Source of the DNA: Calditrichia bacterium
GTDB taxonomy: Bacteria > Calditrichota > Calditrichia > RBG-13-44-9 > J075
Direction: 5' to 3'
DNA: 64,000 bases
Assembly: GCA_050633245.1 (NCBI GenBank)
Contig: JBOEGD010000024.1
Coordinates: 331,799-395,798 of the forward strand
A program made the position numbers and the translations under genes. The notes under the pieces were generated by a model. The model saw only the letters and a list, made by a program, of their open reading frames with translations. It was not told where the DNA came from and ran no database searches. How positions within the stretch are numbered: the first letter of the stretch is position 1; the number at the start of each line of letters is the position of its first letter. Of this stretch, positions 28,060-37,748 are shown one piece after another.

Positions 28060-29868
28060 TTAGCGCAGCAATATCATTTTGCGGACTTTTTGTTGATTTC
28101 CTGCCGTTAGGCGATAGAAATAAACACCAGAGCTAACCAAATTATTTGAGGCATCCAATGCATCCCAGGTCTGCTGATATGAACCGGGAGCAAGTTTTTC
28201 GCTAACAAGAGTGCGAACTTTCTGTCCAAGTGGATTCAGAACATCTAATGTGACGCGGATCTGTTTCTCCAGCGAGAATCGTATTTGAGTCGTTGGGTTA
28301 AACGGATTGGGGAAATTCTGATCGAGAGTGAAATCCGTTGGCGCGATGCCTCTTTCAATTCCGACTGGATTGATGCCATAGTTTGCACGGATTACTGCCA
28401 CATTTTGCTTCAATTCTGCTACGGCATCAATATGATCTCCGGTTGGATTGATACCACCGGTATAGGCATAAACAACTTCCTGTGTATCACCGTTGACTAA
28501 GGTAAACGGCCCAGTGTTCATTGCAAAGCGTCGGTCTCCTGCCACAGGGTTGTTTTCTGTACCATCTAAATCTCCTGATGCAGCGATTGGGTCACCATCG
28601 AGCGGAAAAAATGTTGGCTGTCCGATTTGCGGGCCGGCACCATGAATGTAGCGATTTGGATTCGAAATATCTGTCTCCGGTAGAAAACCGCGCATTAGAT
28701 TAAACCACTGAAGCGTTCCCTCATAGTCAGCAAGGCGAGGGTCACTTATTGAGGTTCCGGCAGAGAAATAAGTAAAAGATGTTAATGGAAGATTTCGATA
28801 GCCATTACGCGGCTTGAAATCGAACAGTGCCTGGCCTCCTGTCGAAGGAACTATAGGACCTTGTAGAAGTGTGAATGCAACAGCTGCTGGCGGTAGATTG
28901 AAATTGTCATACTCTGTGTCAGAGGCGCTACTATTGTATGCAAACCCGGTTTGTAGAAGACTGTCTGACCCTGCATAGTCATCAAAAAAACTACCTATAT
29001 CCGGGTCGTTCCAAAGGGATAAATACATTTCGCTTATATCATAGCCGGACATGTTAATAATACGATACCGTCGGTAAAAGGTATGCTCTTCATCGATTCT
29101 ATTCTTATAGGACCAGCTGGTAATTTGGCATTCCAGGCCAATGGAAGGTGAACCATAGAGACTTATCGCCTTTGACTCATCTAAATCATGGATTGATGTC
29201 CAGACAACCTGATCCGCTTCCTGTAGCCCGGGCTCATCGATACCGGCATCCCACCGACCATTGCCGTTCAGATCGTAATAGGGAGCGCCACGATCTGCCG
29301 GCCAATTTACCCAATCGCTGGCATATTGGTCCACGACGTCCTGGGCCTGTTGTGTTGTAACCTGCGAGGTATCAATTTGCAGCCTATCCGCTGCATCGAG
29401 AATTACCTCAGGGCTGCTGGAGGTTAAAGATTGATAGTCTTTGCGTATTCGGAAAATTGGTGTTTCTATTGAAGGGCTTGGGCCAGGGTCCGGCTGAGTC
29501 ACGTAACCCGCAGAAGTTCCTACGGTATAAGTTTGTCCGCCGACTCTTAATTCAGGTTTGTTCGGATCAGGGTCATTAACAAAACCTCCCCAAACGATCC
29601 CGGATTGATAAACGGTATTGGCTGTACCACGTGGGTAAGTTATTCCTGCGCTGCCGTCTGCCGTATGATTTGCCCGGCCATCATTTCTAAGCCAGCCGAG
29701 GATGTTATTGACATTGATTATAGTGTTGGCCCGAATTTGCTTTGAGTTATTGTTCTGGCGCTCAATATGATGTGGAACGTCAGCCGTTTTATGTTCTTCT
29801 ATTGCCTGCAAACCAAAAGTGGTTAATACAAGTAAGACACATACAATAATTTTTCGAAATGGATGCAT
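28060..29868 (-). CDS. secreted protein, uncharacterised family, T9SS type-A/FlgD-Ig-like CTD
   Basis: AGGAG RBS before ATG 29868; NVNN, LRVGGQT, NWPADRGAPYYDLNGNG, DPDIG, LLQGP, DTQEVV; NFPNPFNPTT CTD. Confidence 0.85.
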   Translation of the reverse strand: MHPFRKIIVCVLLVLTTFGLQAIEEHKTADVPHHIERQNNNSKQIRANTIINVNNILGWLRNDGRANHTADGSAGITYPRGTANTVYQSGIVWGGFVNDPDPNKPELRVGGQTYTVGTSAGYVTQPDPGPSPSIETPIFRIRKDYQSLTSSSPEVILDAADRLQIDTSQVTTQQAQDVVDQYASDWVNWPADRGAPYYDLNGNGRWDAGIDEPGLQEADQVVWTSIHDLDESKAISLYGSPSIGLECQITSWSYKNRIDEEHTFYRRYRIINMSGYDISEMYLSLWNDPDIGSFFDDYAGSDSLLQTGFAYNSSASDTEYDNFNLPPAAVAFTLLQGPIVPSTGGQALFDFKPRNGYRNLPLTSFTYFSAGTSISDPRLADYEGTLQWFNLMRGFLPETDISNPNRYIHGAGPQIGQPTFFPLDGDPIAASGDLDGTENNPVAGDRRFAMNTGPFTLVNGDTQEVVYAYTGGINPTGDHIDAVAELKQNVAVIRANYGINPVGIERGIAPTDFTLDQNFPNPFNPTTQIRFSLEKQIRVTLDVLNPLGQKVRTLVSEKLAPGSYQQTWDALDASNNLVSSGVYFYRLTAGNQQKVRKMILLR

Positions 29869-30330
29869 ATTAATATCTCCTGAAGGTATTAGGTGCTTTA
29901 TCAAAAATGCTGATCAATAAGGGGTTCAGCCGCGGATGCTTTTCAACACTTTTTGGCTGATTATTTATCTTGAAGCCGATTTGTTTTTATGCAATTTCAT
30001 ACATGAATACTTGCTGACCATGAAGCGCGCTTTTAATGTTCTACGTTTTTAAGCTGGCTATCCCCTAGTCAGCTTGGAATGTTTTTCAAAATTATGAATG
30101 CCTGCTAAACCTAATTAGCTGCATTTGGAATGTTTTAAGCTGTGTGGTGTGTTCGAGACGAAAGGGGGCTGTCAGCTATTCTGTCAACGACTTTCCGATA
30201 GCTGTATCAAAAAAGGCATACTGCGTAGCGAGTTCAGGAAGGAACCTTTTTGGAATCGTAGTAGGGAATAACCAGTTGGAATTAGTGTAGAGACTCTCTT
30301 TGTAAAGGCAGGAACTGACATATTATAGCT

Positions 30331-30392
30331 AAAAAGAATGCCCTCCAAACACCCATCCCGGATATTTGAAGGGCACCGCTCTTACTGCTGGT
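30331..30392 (-). terminator. long-stem terminator-like element, copy B
   Basis: 16-bp stem with GGGAT loop and U tract on the minus strand. Confidence 0.75.
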
Positions 30393-30420
30393 AGCAGCAG
30401 CATTTATTTTTTGTTAAGAA

Positions 30421-32229
30421 TCAGCGCAACAGAATCATTTTTCGAACTTTTTGCTTATCACCAGCGGTCAAGCGATAAAAATAGACGCCGGAGCCGACTC
30501 TATAATTATTCTCATCATGGCCATCCCACGTTTGGGTATGCGAGCCTGGTGCAAGCTGTTCGCTAATCAGAGTGCGAATCCGCTGTCCAAGCGGATTAAG
30601 AACGTCCAGAGTAATCTTGGTTGGTTTTTCCAAAGAAAAGCTGATTTGCGTCGTCGGGTTAAACGGATTCGGATAGTTCTGGTCCAAAGTAAAATCACTT
30701 GGTGCGATGATATCTTCAATACCGACAATACCTGCCCCATAGTCGGTCAGAATTTCCGCAATACTCTGCTTAAGCACGGAGATCGCGTCCAGGTAAGTGC
30801 CTGCCGGATCGATACCTGCGGTAATAGCAATTACTATTTCCTGCGTATCCCCCGCGGCAAATGTGAATGGACCACTGTTCAGCGTAAAGCGTCTGTCATT
30901 TGCGGGCAGATTACTTCCGGTGCCGTCGATGTCGCCAGTACTGTTTACGGGGTCGCCATCAAGTGGGAATGTCGTAATTTGACCAACGTTTGGACCCGAG
31001 CCATACAGATATGGCTGGACGTTTAGCGTATCTGTTGAAGGTTGGTAGCCACGTAACCAGTTGTACCAGGCAAGTGTTCCATTGTAATCACCAAGCAATG
31101 GATCGCCAATCGGACTTCCAGCGGCAGAATAACCAAATGAGCCGACAGGTAAATTCACATAGCCATTGCGTTGCTTAAAATCGAAGATTGCGCGTCCACC
31201 GGTAGAGGGCACGATGGGGCCTTGAAGAAGCGTGTGTGCAACTGCAGATGGGGGAAGTGCATAGTTCACATATTCATCATCTGAGGCAAATCCATTATAA
31301 GCGTATCCGCTCTGTAGGGCCTGATCGTTACCTACAAGATCATCCGTATAGTCGCCGATATCCGGATCGCTCCAGCTGGCAAGATACATCCTGTTAATAT
31401 CGAAACCGGATTTGTTTATCAGGCGATAGCGGCGATAAAGCGCCTCGGTACGAGCGCCCCCGTCTTTATATCCCCAAGTAGTGATTTGCATTTCAATGCC
31501 GGTTGGCGGTGAACCATACAGTGCATCGGTTAACAGTGGATCGAGGTCATGGCAAACTGTCCACAGAACCTGATCGGCATTTTCGAGGCCGGGCTCATCT
31601 ACTCCGACATCCCACTGGCCATTGTTGTTTAAGTCATAGTAGGGGGCACCGCGATCTGCCGGCCAGTTTGCCCAGGCATCGGCATACTGATCGAGAATTT
31701 CCTGCTTTTGCTGTTCGGTGACCTGAGAAGGGCTAATACCGTTTTTCTCAGCAGCATCAAGAATCACTTCCTGGCTGTTGAGGGTAAGACTTTGCCAATC
31801 GCGGCGAATGCGATAGAGCTCGCTTACTTCGCTTGTTGGAATTGGATTCGGACCGGCTGTTTCAATCCAACCGGCAGTTGTTCCAATAAGGTGCGTTTGG
31901 CCCCCAACGCGCAGTTGAGGCTTGTTCGGATCGGGATCGTTTACAATTCCACCCCAAATAAGACCAGATTGGAATAAAGCCTGTGCAGTGCCGCGTGGAT
32001 AAGTGAACCCGGAATTACCAACAGGATCTAATTCCGCCTGACCATCGGCTCTTTGCCAGGTAGAGAGATTGTTAACATTCAGCAGCGTTTCTGTCTCTAC
32101 AGCGGATTTTGACGTTGCTGCAATTGTGCTGGATTTCGTCTTGCCACTTTTTGCATCTATCGATGTATTGAAGCAGAATGCAAGGAACAGTGCGGGGGCT
32201 ATGATACAATGAGTAGCCATACGAAGCAT
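30421..32229 (-). CDS. secreted protein, uncharacterised family (tandem paralogue), T9SS type-A/FlgD-Ig-like CTD
   Basis: Co-linear with 28060..29868; GGAGGAG RBS; NYPNPFNPTT CTD. Confidence 0.85.
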   Translation of the reverse strand: MLRMATHCIIAPALFLAFCFNTSIDAKSGKTKSSTIAATSKSAVETETLLNVNNLSTWQRADGQAELDPVGNSGFTYPRGTAQALFQSGLIWGGIVNDPDPNKPQLRVGGQTHLIGTTAGWIETAGPNPIPTSEVSELYRIRRDWQSLTLNSQEVILDAAEKNGISPSQVTEQQKQEILDQYADAWANWPADRGAPYYDLNNNGQWDVGVDEPGLENADQVLWTVCHDLDPLLTDALYGSPPTGIEMQITTWGYKDGGARTEALYRRYRLINKSGFDINRMYLASWSDPDIGDYTDDLVGNDQALQSGYAYNGFASDDEYVNYALPPSAVAHTLLQGPIVPSTGGRAIFDFKQRNGYVNLPVGSFGYSAAGSPIGDPLLGDYNGTLAWYNWLRGYQPSTDTLNVQPYLYGSGPNVGQITTFPLDGDPVNSTGDIDGTGSNLPANDRRFTLNSGPFTFAAGDTQEIVIAITAGIDPAGTYLDAISVLKQSIAEILTDYGAGIVGIEDIIAPSDFTLDQNYPNPFNPTTQISFSLEKPTKITLDVLNPLGQRIRTLISEQLAPGSHTQTWDGHDENNYRVGSGVYFYRLTAGDKQKVRKMILLR

Positions 32230-32354
32230 CTATCTACTCCTCCTGAGTAAAGGGTTACGTGGAATCATTCCATAAATCGACCATATAATAATCAGTTTTT
32301 TGAAAAAAAATGTGAGGGAGGAACAAAAACTCGGATTGTTTTTTGGAAAAAACT

Positions 32355-32393
32355 CGTACTGACCTAAGGCAGAAATTGTCTTCAGTCAGTACG
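32355..32393 (-). terminator. intrinsic terminator
   Basis: CGTACTGAC...GTCAGTACG stem followed by a T tract on the minus strand, just after the peroxidase gene. Confidence 0.65.
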
Positions 32394-32407
32394 GAAAAAT
32401 TCTATAG

Positions 32408-33562
32408 TTAGTTTTGCGGAAAAGGATTGGAAAACTTTTCTTCACTCAGAAAGTTGTTGTCTGAAAGAGTGCGTAGAAATGCGACGAGTGCATCGCGTTC
32501 ATTTCTATTTAAGCCTAACCGCCTGGGGGCACCACTGGCCGGATTACGGAGTTGTTCACTGAGATTTGGATGGGCTTCGATGCCATTGTTGTAGTGATTT
32601 ACAACTCTGTTGAGCGTCTCAAACCTACCATCATGCATGTAAGGTGCTGTTTCTGCTACATTCCGCAATGAGCCCACCTTGAATAAACCAATTTCTTGAG
32701 GGTTACCGGTTACTCCACCAACGCCGGGATCTCCGCCATTTCGATCGAGGCCGATATTAAAGGGCTCCCGGGTGGTAAACAGGTCGGTGCTATGACAGGA
32801 GGAACAGTTCGCCTGCTGCGAAAAGAAAATCTGTTTTCCAAGATTCTCCTGCTGCGTAAAGTTGGGAAAGTTGTCCATCGGTGAATTTACTGTAGCTCTC
32901 CCCACATCATAAGGTGCCTCGCAGGAAATCATAGAACGAATAAACTGTGATAGTGCTGCTGCCACTCGCGTGCTATTAATGGTCTCATCACCAAAGGCGT
33001 TGCGAAACAGGGGAGGGTAGTAGTCAAGATTGCTGAGTCGCGTCTCCATCTCGCTGAGAGTCAGTCCCATTTCAACCGCATCCTGAATCGGTGCCAGCGT
33101 TTGATCTTCTAGTGTTTGTGCGCGTTGATCCCAAAAGAAATGACCGTTTGAATAGAAACGACTATTGCTTAGTCCCATAGAATTTCTTCCAGTCTCACCG
33201 CCGTTGAAACCTACGCTGAATTGGCGGGGATCGGAAAAGCCATTTTCTTGCACATGGCAGGATGCACATGATATTGTGTGGTTTTGAGATAAAGCACGGT
33301 CGTAGAAAAGAACCCGCCCAAGAGTGGCTCCGGCATCGGTTATGGGGTTATTGGCCGGTAGATTATCGGTGATCTGGATTTCAGCGACACGAATGTGAGC
33401 GGGCAGCTCTGGTGAGGCATAATTATCAATGTTTGCCGGTAGTATTGGTGTGCTCAATAACTCTTCTTCATCCTGCATAACTGGACTTTGATCGTTGCCA
33501 CATGAAAGCAGCACTGACAATAGAGCTAGAATAAACGGTATTGATAAATAATTTCGAAACAT
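32408..33562 (-). CDS. di-heme cytochrome c peroxidase (CCP/MauG family) lipoprotein
   Basis: LLSC lipobox; LGRVLFYD, CASCH, FFWDQRA, CSSCH, SLRNVAETAPYMHDG; GGAGG RBS before ATG 33562. Confidence 0.9.
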   Translation of the reverse strand: MFRNYLSIPFILALLSVLLSCGNDQSPVMQDEEELLSTPILPANIDNYASPELPAHIRVAEIQITDNLPANNPITDAGATLGRVLFYDRALSQNHTISCASCHVQENGFSDPRQFSVGFNGGETGRNSMGLSNSRFYSNGHFFWDQRAQTLEDQTLAPIQDAVEMGLTLSEMETRLSNLDYYPPLFRNAFGDETINSTRVAAALSQFIRSMISCEAPYDVGRATVNSPMDNFPNFTQQENLGKQIFFSQQANCSSCHSTDLFTTREPFNIGLDRNGGDPGVGGVTGNPQEIGLFKVGSLRNVAETAPYMHDGRFETLNRVVNHYNNGIEAHPNLSEQLRNPASGAPRRLGLNRNERDALVAFLRTLSDNNFLSEEKFSNPFPQN

Positions 33563-33755
33563 ATGTTCCTCCTGTATGATTGTTGTTTCTCTCACAAAAC
33601 CCACTCATACAGGCAAAAAAAATGTGTCTCTTATAGGCTTAGACCAACAGGTAGGAAAAAACTTGCAAAAATACAGATGTCAGGCGGAGGTGAAAAGAAT
33701 AAAGCTTGAAGCCAAGGTTAAATACCCTGACTCCTTGCATCGTCATAACTTTGGA

Positions 33756-33790
33756 TGATCAATAATCACTCATCGCTCATAATTCATCAT
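33756..33790. repeat. short 7-nt-phased array
   Basis: TGATCAA TAATCAC TCATCGC TCATAAT TCATCAT abutting a stop codon. Confidence 0.6.
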
Positions 33791-35664
33791 TATTCCCGAT
33801 CACTCCATTTGGCAACCGTGATTTCTACGGTTTGTCCTTCGGGGTATACGATAAAGCTACGATTGTCCATGTTCTGGCCATCGGCATCTTGCTCGGCTGT
33901 TGGCCAGCTACCGCGCGTAACTTTGTATTCTACATCAATCTTTTTTGGTAGACCGACCTCAACAGCATAGCTTCCATTTTTCATGCGCTCGAGCTGTAAA
34001 CCATCTGCCTTCCAGCTGCCCAGCCAGCTGTTGTTACCGGCTAAAAAGAGCTTGTCCTCGGCTTCGGTGCTGGATGGAACGGTCACAACTATCTTTACCG
34101 GTACCAGAATTTCCTTGTCCAACTTGGCCACCATTTCATCATTGCCACCATTTCGATAGGCTTCTCGCAGGCCATAGGAAGCATAACCAGATTCAGGATA
34201 GCGTTTCTTGTTACCGCTAAACAAGGCTATTGCAGCATCGGTCATGTCTTGCTGGATAAGCATTCTGCCTACGCTATTAAGCCAATCTTCGTCAACTTCG
34301 TCCGGTGAGCTTGCGATTAGCTCGTCGATGGTCTTGCTTGCCTCTTCAAATTTCCCGGCAAGATAAAGATTCTCAACAAGATTTTTGTCCGGCTTTTCGG
34401 CCTTCATTGCCATGTCTATTTTCGCAGCTTTATCTGGCAGACTAACGGCTTTAACAATTCTGCGATCGCGGGCATATAGCGTATTCCCTGAAACCGTTGG
34501 GGCTGTCCAGGTGCGATTCTCCAGCAGCTTTGTGGTTGCCAATTTATTGATACCGTTACGATCGAATGTCGCAAGAGTTAGAAGGCCATTATCATCGAGA
34601 ATCAGTGCGCGGTCACCTGCAGCAACGAGTTTCGGGTTTTTATAGCCACGTTTGCGCCAAAGAATTTCGCCGGTCTTCCAGTCGAAAGCGAACATTAAGC
34701 GGCGATCACCGCCAAGAACGAGATCGTCCATACGAACATGCGTTCCCATAAAGAGACCAATTTTTCTATTATGCCACTTCTCTTCCAGAGTATATCCATC
34801 ATCAGCTTTGCTTACTTGCAGCACCGCTGCGCCGTCGATTCCCTGTCCGGCAACTAAAATTTGGTTTTCCGGCAATAGCATTGGTGAAGGTGCATTCGTG
34901 CTTTCCGGGTTTTTGAGGGCGTGCTTCCAAAGTGTCTTGCCGGTCTTTGGAGACAGTCCCCAAACGTATTTACCACCAACGCCAATCAGATGATCTTCAC
35001 CATGCATAGTTGCAATAATTGGCGACGAGTAGCTGTTGAACATTTTTTCGCTTTTCCAGGCGATTTTCCCGGTTTTGGCATTAAACGCAAACGTCCCGGC
35101 ATCTGCACCGAATCCCATTACAATGATATTGTCTCCATAGCCAATCGGACTACAGGCATTACCAAAGTAGATGACGTCTGCGTTAAACTCTTTAATCAGA
35201 TTATAGGACCACGCTTTTTTGCCTGTTTTGGCATCCAAGGCCGTCAATTCTGAGGTAAACCCAAGGCTAAAGAGCATATCTTCGTAGAGGAGAGGCGTTC
35301 CATTTGGCCCTTTTTCTCCTTGCCAACCTTGATCTGCCGGCACATGAGCTGCATAGGTGTAGTCCCATTTCTTATTGCCGGTGGCTGCATCAAGTGCAAC
35401 GATAATCTCCTCTTGTCCTATCGTTGTGCCATCGTATGTGCGATACATGGTATAGAGCGTTTTTCCATCTGTCACAATGGTAGAGCTACCATCTCCCAGA
35501 TCTTGAGTCCATTGAGTTTCAAGCCCATCGCCACCCCAGGGATGGACAACGGTATTTTTAGGCAAGCTAAAGTCGCGCATAGGGCCCCCCCATTGCGACC
35601 ATTCCTGAGCAATAAGCGTATTGCTGATAAGAAAAAAAAGTAGTGATAGTGCAAGGCGTTTCAT
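33790..35664 (-). CDS. secreted PQQ-like beta-propeller + TPR + CBM20-like protein
   Basis: WSQWGGP and repeated ALDA.TG...W blades; TPR helices; C-terminal LFLAGN...LGSW...VEYKVTRGSW...E; AGGAG RBS before ATG 35664. Confidence 0.8.
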   Translation of the reverse strand: MKRLALSLLFFLISNTLIAQEWSQWGGPMRDFSLPKNTVVHPWGGDGLETQWTQDLGDGSSTIVTDGKTLYTMYRTYDGTTIGQEEIIVALDAATGNKKWDYTYAAHVPADQGWQGEKGPNGTPLLYEDMLFSLGFTSELTALDAKTGKKAWSYNLIKEFNADVIYFGNACSPIGYGDNIIVMGFGADAGTFAFNAKTGKIAWKSEKMFNSYSSPIIATMHGEDHLIGVGGKYVWGLSPKTGKTLWKHALKNPESTNAPSPMLLPENQILVAGQGIDGAAVLQVSKADDGYTLEEKWHNRKIGLFMGTHVRMDDLVLGGDRRLMFAFDWKTGEILWRKRGYKNPKLVAAGDRALILDDNGLLTLATFDRNGINKLATTKLLENRTWTAPTVSGNTLYARDRRIVKAVSLPDKAAKIDMAMKAEKPDKNLVENLYLAGKFEEASKTIDELIASSPDEVDEDWLNSVGRMLIQQDMTDAAIALFSGNKKRYPESGYASYGLREAYRNGGNDEMVAKLDKEILVPVKIVVTVPSSTEAEDKLFLAGNNSWLGSWKADGLQLERMKNGSYAVEVGLPKKIDVEYKVTRGSWPTAEQDADGQNMDNRSFIVYPEGQTVEITVAKWSDRE

Positions 35665-35921
35665 ATAGATACTCCTGTTGAATTCCGGGGTTTGTTTGGG
35701 TGATAAAAAAGTATAAGGATATCTGAACGGAATTGCGAACAAAAATAGATCTGTCTTTTGAACAATATTAATGCGAACTGAATCGCGATTTTTCTCTAAA
35801 CCAATAAAGTCGCTGTAACCTGTGGACTTTATTTGTAGGTGATTGATGTCTTACCGGACTTCACACGATTTTCCACTATGAAAAAAGTGTTGGCTGCGCT
35901 ATCTTTTTAAAAAAAGATGAG

Positions 35922-36926
35922 ATGATGATAACCGACCCACAACTAAAAGTTGGTAGTTTCTACCGGGAAAATCGCGAACGACTGAAGCTGGAGCTCCTTA
36001 CTACGGATGCCGGTTTTGACCGTCTGATTACTGAGAGCGAGCTGCATCGCCCTGGCTTGGCACTGGCTGGATTTATTAAACTTTTTACATTTCATCGCGT
36101 GCAAATTCTTGGGAATACCGAGACCCGCTATCTAAAAAGCCTGCCAAAGAAGAAGCGTCGGGAAGCATTGGAAAATCTCTTTCAGTTTGAAATACCCTGT
36201 CTTATTATCACCGAGTTTAACGATGTTTCGAGCGATATGCTTGACATTGCGACGCGCCGTTATATCCCAATTTTTCGCACGACTTATCCCACAACCAAGT
36301 TTTATCATTTATTAAGCGATTTCCTGCAAATGTTCTTTGCGCCGCGAACTACCGTCCACGGCACGCTGGTGGATGTCTATGGCGTAGGAATGTTGTTAAC
36401 CGGGCGCAGCGGAATCGGCAAGAGTGAAATTGCTCTGGACCTTATCGAGCGCGGCCATCGTTTGGTTGCAGATGATATGGTTATTATTACCCGAAAATCG
36501 GAAGAGATCGTTATGGGAGAAGGACGCGATATTTCGGAACATATTATCGAAATTCGCGGTCTTGGTTTAGTCGATATTCGGCAAACTTTTGGTGTTCGCG
36601 GCGTTCGCGTAATCAAGCGAATTGAGGTTATTGTAGATCTGGTTGAGTTTGATGAAGATGCTTCCTATGACCGCACCGGCCTGGATGCACAGACAAAATC
36701 AATTCTGGATGTTGAACTGCCTAATGTGCTTCTGCCGATAAACCCTGGTAAGAATATTACGGTGATTGCCGAGACCATTGCGCTGAACCAACTGTTGCGC
36801 GAAGTGCATGGGCACAACACCCCTGAAGAATTTAACAAACGATTAATGGAAAAAATGCGTAGGGCAGAGCGAGAACATCTGCGTAAGCTAAAGACACGCG
36901 ATTTTCTGGATAAGGATTTTGAGTAA
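35922..36926 (+). CDS. hprK: HPr(Ser) kinase/phosphorylase
   Basis: HRPGLALAG, HGTLVDVYGVG, GRSGIGKSEIALDLIERGHRLVADD, EIRGLG. Confidence 0.96.
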   Translation: MMITDPQLKVGSFYRENRERLKLELLTTDAGFDRLITESELHRPGLALAGFIKLFTFHRVQILGNTETRYLKSLPKKKRREALENLFQFEIPCLIITEFNDVSSDMLDIATRRYIPIFRTTYPTTKFYHLLSDFLQMFFAPRTTVHGTLVDVYGVGMLLTGRSGIGKSEIALDLIERGHRLVADDMVIITRKSEEIVMGEGRDISEHIIEIRGLGLVDIRQTFGVRGVRVIKRIEVIVDLVEFDEDASYDRTGLDAQTKSILDVELPNVLLPINPGKNITVIAETIALNQLLREVHGHNTPEEFNKRLMEKMRRAEREHLRKLKTRDFLDKDFE

Positions 36927-37312
36927 TGATTCCAGGTATCATTATCAGTCATGGTAGAATAGCTGAAGAGCTTAAGAATGCCGTTGAGTTAATTGTAGGA
37001 CCAACTCGTAAGCTACATGCCATTAGCAATGATGGAAGTGAGCCGGACGAACTCTCAAAAAAAATTTTGAAATTTTCTCTGCCTGAGTTGCCGGTTTTTC
37101 TGTTCACAGATTTGCGCGGAGGAAGCTGTTGGAGAGCGGCGATGATTGCCTCAAAAGCAATTGATGAGTCCAGCGTTTTTACCGGAGTGAATTTACCCAT
37201 GCTTATCTCATTTGTTACCAAGCGCTCACAGCTGTCTCATGAAGAACTTCCGGCAGTCGTATTAGAAGATGCACAGCGTGGATTACTTTTAGAAAAGAAG
37301 CCTGGCGGTTAA
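36926..37312 (+). CDS. PTS EIIA component, mannose family
   Basis: IIISHG phospho-His, TDLRGGS, TGVNLPML. Confidence 0.88.
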   Translation: MIPGIIISHGRIAEELKNAVELIVGPTRKLHAISNDGSEPDELSKKILKFSLPELPVFLFTDLRGGSCWRAAMIASKAIDESSVFTGVNLPMLISFVTKRSQLSHEELPAVVLEDAQRGLLLEKKPGG

Positions 37313-37341
37313 AAATTAGTCTTTTTTTGATATAAAATATC

Positions 37342-37370
37342 TTGACACTTCATACCGGTCGTATTATATT
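37342..37370 (+). promoter_or_regulatory. sigma70 promoter of tRNA-Gly
   Basis: TTGACA-N17-TATATT, 11 nt before the tRNA, with an AT-rich upstream tract. Confidence 0.75.
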
Positions 37371-37381
37371 GATTGCCCAAT

Positions 37382-37454
37382 GCGAGAATAGCTCAGCTGG
37401 TAGAGCACAACCTTGCCAAGGTTGGGGTCGCGGGTTCGAGTCCCGTTTCTCGCT
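37382..37454 (+). tRNA. tRNA-Gly(GCC)
   Basis: Canonical cloverleaf: GCGAGAA/TTCTCGC, loop TTGCCAA, GGTTCGAGTCC, U73; CCA not encoded. Confidence 0.97.
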
Positions 37455-37455
37455 C

Positions 37456-37495
37456 AAGAGCCATTTCGATTTATCGGAATGGCTCTTTTCTTTTT
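37456..37495 (+). terminator. intrinsic terminator
   Basis: AAGAGCCATTTCGA-TTTA-TCGGAATGGCTCTT followed by a T tract. Confidence 0.85.
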
Positions 37496-37582
37496 ATGAG
37501 CAACAAAATTAAAAAACACCCTTTAAGTTTTTGTATATGAATCACATCCTATCTCTCGTAATTGCTTTTATTACGTGGGTCT

Positions 37583-37654
37583 GCGAGAATAGCTCAATGG
37601 GCAGAGCACGACCCTTCCAGGGTTGGGGCACAGGTTCGAACCCTGTTTCTCGCT
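37583..37654 (+). tRNA. atypical tRNA-Gly(TCC) or tRNA-like gene
   Basis: All four stems pair; loop CTTCCAG; acceptor and D stems identical to the neighbouring tRNA; atypical G38, A15/C48, A49-U65, A51-U63. Confidence 0.75.
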
Positions 37655-37656
37655 CT

Positions 37657-37687
37657 AAGGCCATCCCGATATTTCGGGATGGCCTTT
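37657..37687. terminator. hairpin/terminator after the second tRNA
   Basis: AAGGCCATCCCGA-TATT-TCGGGATGGCCTT; resembles the first tRNA terminator. Confidence 0.75.
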
Positions 37688-37748
37688 ACTGTTTTATTGA
37701 ATGAAAGGATCATCGTTGCTGCAGCCTTCAGGTTGTCTCAAAGCACGC

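Noticed and set aside
29905-30330. Riboswitch or small gene in the long spacer between paralogues
   Set aside because: No recognisable aptamer motif or credible ORF by eye. An Rfam scan would be needed to exclude one fully.
30451-31026. Long antisense ORFs here and elsewhere (e.g. 38005..38388, 14606..14986)
   Set aside because: Shadows of well-supported genes on the opposite strand, with no motifs.
37583-37654. Second tRNA as an attR scar of an integrated element
   Set aside because: It is full length with a different anticodon and compensatory changes. There is no integrase or cargo between the copies.
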